A stretch of DNA of 64,000 nucleotides from Candidatus Limnocylindrus sp. Its GTDB lineage: Bacteria > Chloroflexota > Limnocylindria > Limnocylindrales > Limnocylindraceae. The stretch is from assembly GCA_040397175.1 (NCBI GenBank), contig JBBAWM010000001.1, positions 153,976 to 217,975 on the forward strand, in the 5' to 3' direction. Each line of letters begins with the position of its first letter. The first letter of the stretch is position 1. Below are positions 57,847-64,000 of the stretch, piece after piece. The position numbers were made by a program, and so were the translations under genes. The notes beneath the pieces are model-generated. The model was not told the DNA's origin and made no database searches. It saw nothing but the letters and a program-made list of their open reading frames with translations.

Positions 57847-59483
57847 ACGGGGCACCAGGCCCTGGCGTCGCAACCGGCGCGGTTCGCATCTTTGACACCA
57901 CCCTGCGCGATGGTGAGCAGGCGCCAGGTGCTGGCCTCACCGTTGCCGAGAAGCTGGAGGTTGCTCGGCAGCTCGCCAAGCTGAAGGTTGACGTCATTGA
58001 GGCGGGCTTCCCCGCCGCATCCGAAGGCGACTTTGAGGCGGTGCGACAGATCGCCCTCGCCACGAAGGGGATCGGCATCGCCGCTCTTGCCCGCTGCAAG
58101 GATGGCGATCCGCAGCGTGCCATCGACGCGATCAAGGTGTCGGATCGACCACACCTGCATCTCTTTATCGCCACCTCCGACATTCACCTCACCCACAAGC
58201 TGCGCACCACCCGCGAGGCGGCCCTCGCCGAGGCGGTGAAGTGGGTGAAGTACGCGCGCGAGAAGCTCGGTCGCGATGCTGAGGTGGAGTTCTCCGCCGA
58301 AGATGCAAGCCGCACCGATCACGACTACCTGCTGCAGGTTTACGAGGCGGTTGTAGAGGCTGGCGCCTCTACCGTCAACATCCCCGACACGGTCGGCTAT
58401 GCCATTCCGTCGGAGTACGCCGCACTGACGAAGCTGGTGGTTGATCGCGTTGGGCGCGACGCCACGATCAGCGTTCACTGCCATAACGACCTCGGCCTCG
58501 CGACGGCCAACACGTTGGCGGCGGTGCAGGCTGGCGCACGACAGGTTGAGGTGACCATCAACGGACTCGGCGAGCGCGCTGGAAACGCCTCGCTTGAAGA
58601 GGTGGTGATGGCGCTGCGCACCCGACCGGGGCAGTTTGAGTCACATGACATTCATGTGCAGACCGAACAGCTCACGTCGGCGAGCAGACTCGTCTCGTAT
58701 CTGACCGGTTTCGCGGTGCAGCCGAACAAGGCGATCGTCGGCGCGAATGCATTTGCGCATGAGTCGGGGATCCATCAGGACGGCGTGTTGAAGAATCCGC
58801 TCACCTACGAAATCATGACGCCGCAGTCGGTTGGGCTGCTCGGATCCAGCCTCACCATCGGCAAGCTCTCAGGGCGTCGTGGCTTGCAGGCAAAGTTCGC
58901 CGAGCTCGGTCACGACCTCAGCGGCGAGGCGCTCGATGCCCTCTACCGCGAGGCGATCGCCCTGGCCGACGTAAAGAAGGAGTTGACCGACGCTGATCTG
59001 CTTGCGCTCGTCGACAAGCGCGCCGCTACCGGGAGCGCTGCAACGATTGAGCTCTTGGACTGGAGCGTTGCCAGCTCACGCGGCGGCGGCTCATCGGGTC
59101 GCGTCGAGGTTCGCGTGAACGGGGTCGAGGCTACGGCCGAGTCCACCGGCAACGGACCGGTAGATGCGCTCTATGAGGCGCTTGATAAGGCGGTGACCCC
59201 AACCCTCGGCTGGCGACCAATCCTCGCCGAGTACGAGATTCGTGCGGTCAGCGAGGGCGAAGACGCCCAGGGTCAGGTGACGGCGAAGTGTCGCCGCTCT
59301 ACCGATCTTGATGCAGAGGGGAAGCCACTTCCGAACGTGCCGATCGTCACGGGGCAGGGCCTCTCCACGAACATCATCGATGCGTCACTCGTCGCCTACG
59401 TCTCTGCAGCGAACAAGCTCGCTGCGCTCGAGTCGGGGTCGGCAAGCGCGCCAACGAAGGGATCGCGCGAGGCGATGCAGTGA
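57843..59483 (+). CDS. leuA: 2-isopropylmalate synthase
   Basis: [38 protein letters not shown]. Confidence 0.95.
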   Translation: MNGAPGPGVATGAVRIFDTTLRDGEQAPGAGLTVAEKLEVARQLAKLKVDVIEAGFPAASEGDFEAVRQIALATKGIGIAALARCKDGDPQRAIDAIKVSDRPHLHLFIATSDIHLTHKLRTTREAALAEAVKWVKYAREKLGRDAEVEFSAEDASRTDHDYLLQVYEAVVEAGASTVNIPDTVGYAIPSEYAALTKLVVDRVGRDATISVHCHNDLGLATANTLAAVQAGARQVEVTINGLGERAGNASLEEVVMALRTRPGQFESHDIHVQTEQLTSASRLVSYLTGFAVQPNKAIVGANAFAHESGIHQDGVLKNPLTYEIMTPQSVGLLGSSLTIGKLSGRRGLQAKFAELGHDLSGEALDALYREAIALADVKKELTDADLLALVDKRAATGSAATIELLDWSVASSRGGGSSGRVEVRVNGVEATAESTGNGPVDALYEALDKAVTPTLGWRPILAEYEIRAVSEGEDAQGQVTAKCRRSTDLDAEGKPLPNVPIVTGQGLSTNIIDASLVAYVSAANKLAALESGSASAPTKGSREAMQ

Positions 59484-60655
59484 GCGAGACTCTAACGGCA
59501 CCACTCTTCTCGGCGCTGCGCGACGGTGCTGCAGATCACCTGATCGTCACCATCCCCGGTGATGGTGTTGGGCCCGATGTGGTGGCGGCTGCGCGTCGAG
59601 TGCTCGACGCAGCGGGCTCGAAGTTTGGCTTCAAGCTCGCCTGGCGCGAGATCTTGGCTGGCGGCTGCGCCATTGACGCCTATGGCGTTGCCGTTCGCGA
59701 AGAGGACCTGCTGGTGGCCGATACCGCTGACGCGCTGCTCCTTGGAGCGGTTGGCGGACCAAAGTGGGACAACCCGAACGGCACTGTTCGACCGGAACAG
59801 GCACTCTTCGCATTCCGCACGCGCTACGAACTCTTTGCCAATTTGCGCCCCGTCACGATTTACCCAGAGCTCGCCGACGCCTCACCGCTGAAGGCCGAGC
59901 GCCTGAAGGGCGTGGATATGTTGATGGTGCGCGAACTTACGGGCGGCCTCTACTTCGGCAAGCCGTCGGGTGAAGAGGTGACACCAACAGGGCGCCGCGC
60001 GGTTGACACGCTCCCGTATCACGAGGATGAAATTCATCGTGTTGCTGTGATTGCGTTTGAACTTGCGCGCACACGACGAAAGTCGGTGACCTCCGTCGAC
60101 AAGGCGAACGTCCTCTCCACGAGTCGCCTCTGGCGCAAGGTTGTCACCGAGGTTGGCGCGGACTACCCCGATGTGAAGTTGGAACATCGCCTGGTCGATT
60201 CCACCGCAATGCTCCTTGCAACCTGGCCAGCCACCTTCGATGTCGTCGTCACCGAGAACCTCTTCGGCGACATCCTTTCTGATGAGGCGGCCGTACTCGC
60301 CGGGTCACTCGGCATGCTCCCGTCGGCCTCGCTCGGTGCACGCCGCACGGCGCACGGCACCTTCGGTCTCTACGAGCCGATCCACGGCTCCGCCCCCGAC
60401 ATTGCGGGGAAGAACCTGGCAAACCCGATCGGCACGATCCTCTCGGGGGCGATGCTGCTGCGCGAGTCGATCGGTCGCACCGATGCGGCAGTCGCCATTG
60501 AGCAGGCCGTTGCCAACGCCATTCGTATGGGCGTGCGCACCGCCGACCTTGCCCCAGGGCTCGATGCCGCAGGCGCACGCGCCGCTGGCTTCACCCTTGC
60601 CGGCACCCGCGAGGCGACCGACGCCATCGTGGAGCAGTTGCTGAGCCTGAAGTGA
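59480..60655 (+). CDS. leuB: 3-isopropylmalate dehydrogenase
   Basis: GAVGGPKW, RELTGGLYFG, NLFGDILSD, EPIHGSAPDIAG. Confidence 0.95.
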   Translation: MSETLTAPLFSALRDGAADHLIVTIPGDGVGPDVVAAARRVLDAAGSKFGFKLAWREILAGGCAIDAYGVAVREEDLLVADTADALLLGAVGGPKWDNPNGTVRPEQALFAFRTRYELFANLRPVTIYPELADASPLKAERLKGVDMLMVRELTGGLYFGKPSGEEVTPTGRRAVDTLPYHEDEIHRVAVIAFELARTRRKSVTSVDKANVLSTSRLWRKVVTEVGADYPDVKLEHRLVDSTAMLLATWPATFDVVVTENLFGDILSDEAAVLAGSLGMLPSASLGARRTAHGTFGLYEPIHGSAPDIAGKNLANPIGTILSGAMLLRESIGRTDAAVAIEQAVANAIRMGVRTADLAPGLDAAGARAAGFTLAGTREATDAIVEQLLSLK

Positions 60656-62313
60656 CCATGGGTGGCAGTGCGGCTGACCGCGAGCTGGTCCTGCTATATG
60701 ACACGACGCTGCGCGATGGGGCACAGAGCGAGGGGCTGATCCTTTCGCTGCAAGACAAGCTGCGGATCGCCCGCGCGCTCGACGAGTTCGGCATGTTGGC
60801 GATTGAGGGCGGATGGCCAGGCTCCAATCCAAAGGACATTGAGTTCTTCGCGGCGGCGAAGAAGATCCGCTGGGAGCGTGCGCGACTTGCCGCGTTCGGC
60901 AGCACGCGCCACAAGTCGAACAAGCCTGGTGACGACGCCAACCTGAACGCGCTCCTTGACGCCGAGACGCCGATCGTCACGATCTTCGGCAAGAGCTGGA
61001 CCCTGCACGTGGAGGCGGTCCTGGAAGCGTCGCGCGCCGAGAACCTCGCCATGATTTCGGAGAGCGTCGCCTACATCGCCGATCGCGGACGCGAGATGGT
61101 CTACGACGCCGAGCACTTCTTCGACGGCTTCGAGGCCGATCGCGACTATGCGCTCGACACGCTGCGTGCTGCGCGTGACGCTGGCGCCTCTACGCTTGTT
61201 CTCTGCGACACCAATGGCGGCACCCTTACCAGCCGCATGTCTGAGATCGTGACGGATGCGCGCGCGACGCTGGCCGCTGACGCGGCGGCGAAAGAGATCG
61301 TCTGGGGGATCCACACACACAACGACGCCGAGCTCGCGGTGGCGAATGCCCTTGCAGCGGTAGATGCTGGCGTGCGCCATGTGCAGGCCACCATCAACGG
61401 CTACGGCGAGCGCGCGGGAAACGCGAACATGGTGTCGCTGCTCGCAAACCTCGCCCTCAAGACACAGCACAGCGTTGCCGGCGCCGATCGCCTGGCCGAC
61501 CTCTCGCACCTCTCCCACGAGGTGGCTGAGATTGCGAACCTCGCCCCCGACGACCACCAGCCCTATGTGGGCCGCTCGGCGTTCGCCCACAAGGGCGGCG
61601 TGCACGGCGCGGCCCAGGTCAAGACGCCACGCGCCTACCAACACATCGATCCAGCCCTGGTTGGCAACCGCGGGCGACTCGTTGTCTCGGAGCTGGGCGG
61701 CAAAGCCAACACGGGGAGCCGAGCTGCCGAACTCGGCGTTGAGTTGGCCAACTCAGGGCTCGATTCGAAGACCCTCTCGACGCTCGTCAAGGAGATGGAG
61801 GCGGGCGGCGCGAGCTACGAGGGTGCTGAGGCCTCGTTCCAACTGCTCGTGGAGCGCCATCGCCCCACCTACGTCGCCCCATTCACCATCGTCGACTTCA
61901 CCGTGATCGTGGAGCAGCGTGAGGGTGCACCGGGGCGCGCCGAAGCGACGGTGCGCGTCGAGGTTGCCGGAGAGCGCCTCCATACCGCTGCCGACGGCAA
62001 CGGCCCAGTGAACGCGCTCGACCGCGCGCTGCGCAAGGCGCTCGGTGCCTTCTACCCACAGCTCGACTCCGTGCACCTGGTTGACTACAAGGTGCGCATC
62101 CTCGATGGCACATCAGCCACCGGAGCCAAGACGCGCGTGGTAATTGATTCTGTTGCTGACGGCGAAACCTGGTCAACGATGGGCGTTGGCGAGAACATCA
62201 TCTCCGCCTCGGCCGCGGCCCTTGCCGACTCACTCGAGTACGCACTACGCGTGCAGGGCGGTGAAGTGTCACGTCGCTCAGAGCGCGACACGGTGAACGG
62301 ACCACCTTCATGA
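60652..62313 (+). CDS. cimA: Citramalate synthase
   Basis: YDTTLRDGAQ, EGGWPGSNPKD, AFGST, DAEHFFDG, AHKGG.H, DYKVRI. Confidence 0.88.
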   Translation: MTMGGSAADRELVLLYDTTLRDGAQSEGLILSLQDKLRIARALDEFGMLAIEGGWPGSNPKDIEFFAAAKKIRWERARLAAFGSTRHKSNKPGDDANLNALLDAETPIVTIFGKSWTLHVEAVLEASRAENLAMISESVAYIADRGREMVYDAEHFFDGFEADRDYALDTLRAARDAGASTLVLCDTNGGTLTSRMSEIVTDARATLAADAAAKEIVWGIHTHNDAELAVANALAAVDAGVRHVQATINGYGERAGNANMVSLLANLALKTQHSVAGADRLADLSHLSHEVAEIANLAPDDHQPYVGRSAFAHKGGVHGAAQVKTPRAYQHIDPALVGNRGRLVVSELGGKANTGSRAAELGVELANSGLDSKTLSTLVKEMEAGGASYEGAEASFQLLVERHRPTYVAPFTIVDFTVIVEQREGAPGRAEATVRVEVAGERLHTAADGNGPVNALDRALRKALGAFYPQLDSVHLVDYKVRILDGTSATGAKTRVVIDSVADGETWSTMGVGENIISASAAALADSLEYALRVQGGEVSRRSERDTVNGPPS

Positions 62314-63146
62314 GCGAGGCGATCGCCTACGCTGGCGAACCAGGAGCGTTCGCCGAGGATGCACTCCTCGCTTATTTCGGTGCCGAAGCTCCATCACTGA
62401 GCGTCACCTCATTCGGAGACGTTCGGGCAGCGGTACTCGATGGGCGAGCAGCGTACGGGACCCTGCCGATTGAGAATCTGATCAATGGCACCGTGCGCGA
62501 GACTCTCGACCTGCTGCGCGACGGCGCACTCGAGATCGTGGGCGAAGTGGTGGTGCCAGTCTCGCTCGTCCTTGCCGCCCTTCCTGGTGTGACGCTTGAG
62601 CAGGTGGAGCGGGTCTACAGCCACGCGCAGGCACTCGCACAGGCCGAGGAGTATCTCCGTAGCCGACCCTGGGCACTTCTCACGACGTACAACACGGCGG
62701 GGGCCGGAGCAATGATCCGCGAGCGCGGTGAGCGCGATGCTGCCGCTGTCCTCTCGCCACGTGCCGCAGTGATTCATGGCCTCACACCACTCACCGGCCC
62801 AATCGAAGGGGTGCAGGGGAACCGCACGCGCTTCTGGATCGTGCAGCGAGCGGGTGGGGCAGCACGGCACGCCGAGGCCGGCCCAGCGCGCACCACACTC
62901 CTCGTCGGCCTGCGCAACGAGCCAGGCACCCTCCTTGCCGCACTGGCGGTGATTGCCAAGGCGGGCGTGAACATCAGCAAGTTGGAGTCACGCCCGAATC
63001 GGGTCGGGGAGTGGGAGTACATCTTCTGGCTTGATCTCGACGGCGCGGCCGACTCACCCGAGATTCTTGGCGTGATGCAGGGGCTCGCCGACGTGACGCT
63101 GGAGCGCCGCATCCTCGGCAGCTACCCACGAGGCGAGGCACTCTAA
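62310..63146 (+). CDS. pheA: Prephenate dehydratase (PDT plus ACT)
   Basis: GEPGAF, PIEN..G, SH.QALAQ, NRTRF, KLESRP, LGSYP. Confidence 0.9.
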   Translation: MSEAIAYAGEPGAFAEDALLAYFGAEAPSLSVTSFGDVRAAVLDGRAAYGTLPIENLINGTVRETLDLLRDGALEIVGEVVVPVSLVLAALPGVTLEQVERVYSHAQALAQAEEYLRSRPWALLTTYNTAGAGAMIRERGERDAAAVLSPRAAVIHGLTPLTGPIEGVQGNRTRFWIVQRAGGAARHAEAGPARTTLLVGLRNEPGTLLAALAVIAKAGVNISKLESRPNRVGEWEYIFWLDLDGAADSPEILGVMQGLADVTLERRILGSYPRGEAL

Positions 63147-63181
63147 TCACGTCGCGCCGCGCGCCGCTAGACTCGCCCCAC

Positions 63182-64000
63182 ATGGAGCCACAGAAGATCC
63201 TCGTCGCAGGCGTATGGGAGAGCTCGTCGAACCTCGTCGAGATTCGGTCGCCCTTCGACGGTCATCTCGTTGGCACGACCTACCTCGCCACACCAGAACA
63301 GGTCGAGCGCGCCGCCGCCGGGAGCGTCACCGGATTTACCGCGATGCGCAAACTTGGCGCATGGGAGCGGGGCGCCATCTTGCGCACCACTGCAGCGAAG
63401 ATCACCGAGCGCCGCGAAGAGCTGGCGGCACTCCTCTCTGCTGAAGCAGGGAAGCCGATCCGCGATGCACGCGCAGAGATTGATCGCGGTGCGCTGACCT
63501 TCCGGCTCGCCGCCGAAGAGGCGGAGCGGATGATCGGCGAGACGATCCCACTCGATCTGGCCCCTGCAAGCAAGGGCCGCCTCGGCATCACGCAACGCTT
63601 CCCTGTTGGCCCAGTGCTCGGGATCAGCCCATTCAACTTCCCACTGAACCTCGCCGCCCATAAGGTGGCGCCCGCCATTGCGGTTGGCTGCAGCATGGTG
63701 CTGAAGCCACCCAGCGCCGATCCGTTGATCATGCTGAAGGTCGCCGAGATCCTCGTCGATGCTGGCCTCCCAGCAGGCGGGCTCAGTGTGATCCCTACGT
63801 CGCGTCCAGATGCTGATCGTCTCATCGACGACGAGCGCTTCAAGGTGCTCTCCTTCACTGGTTCACCCACCGTTGGTTGGTCGCTCAAGGGGCGTGCTGG
63901 CAAGAAGCGCGTCATCCTTGAGCTTGGTGGCAATGCCGCCTGCATCGTGGACGCCACCGCAGACCTCTCGTGGGCGGTGAAGCGCTCGCTTGTTGGCTCG
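63182..64000 (+). CDS. Aldehyde dehydrogenase family protein (partial, runs off the right edge; absent from ORF track)
   Basis: MEPQKILVAG..., EAGKPI, ISPFNFPLNL, SFTGS, LELGGNA. Confidence 0.9.
   Translation, partial: MEPQKILVAGVWESSSNLVEIRSPFDGHLVGTTYLATPEQVERAAAGSVTGFTAMRKLGAWERGAILRTTAAKITERREELAALLSAEAGKPIRDARAEIDRGALTFRLAAEEAERMIGETIPLDLAPASKGRLGITQRFPVGPVLGISPFNFPLNLAAHKVAPAIAVGCSMVLKPPSADPLIMLKVAEILVDAGLPAGGLSVIPTSRPDADRLIDDERFKVLSFTGSPTVGWSLKGRAGKKRVILELGGNAACIVDATADLSWAVKRSLVGS

Noticed and set aside
63167-63957. Minus-strand ORFs at the right edge
   Set aside because: Antisense to an open aldehyde dehydrogenase frame starting at 63182 that the track missed because it has no stop in the window

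Overview
High-GC, densely packed bacterial chromosomal segment, mostly housekeeping. Gene content and style suggest an aerobic Chloroflexota/Actinomycetota-like organism, possibly a streamlined freshwater Limnocylindria (inference only). In order: Vpr-type subtilase; WYL regulator plus HD-domain operon; TPP riboswitch-thiN-ECF thiamine salvage; an unusual Rieske/cytochrome b6-type operon headed by a DsrL/GltD-like flavin-FeS NAD(P)H oxidoreductase and ending in a cytochrome c-cupredoxin fusion and a Kelch membrane protein; tRNA-Lys and tRNA-fMet; a copper/oxidase-assembly cluster (split CtaF-like subunit fused to a second cupredoxin, CtaG, YHS, TlpA); korAB; copA; fabD-fabF-fabF opposite a MarR gene; leuCD-ilvD; and ilvBNC-leuA-leuB-cimA-pheA behind an unannotated leader-peptide attenuator. 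The copA 3' end is duplicated (114 bp, mostly synonymous differences) around an integrase-free cassette encoding a secreted protein and an ABC system. An SDR and a domain-swapped photolyase follow the second copy. Many genes, and both tRNAs, start 5-8 nt after a -10 box, which indicates leaderless transcription. No CRISPR, rRNA, transposase or integrase was seen.
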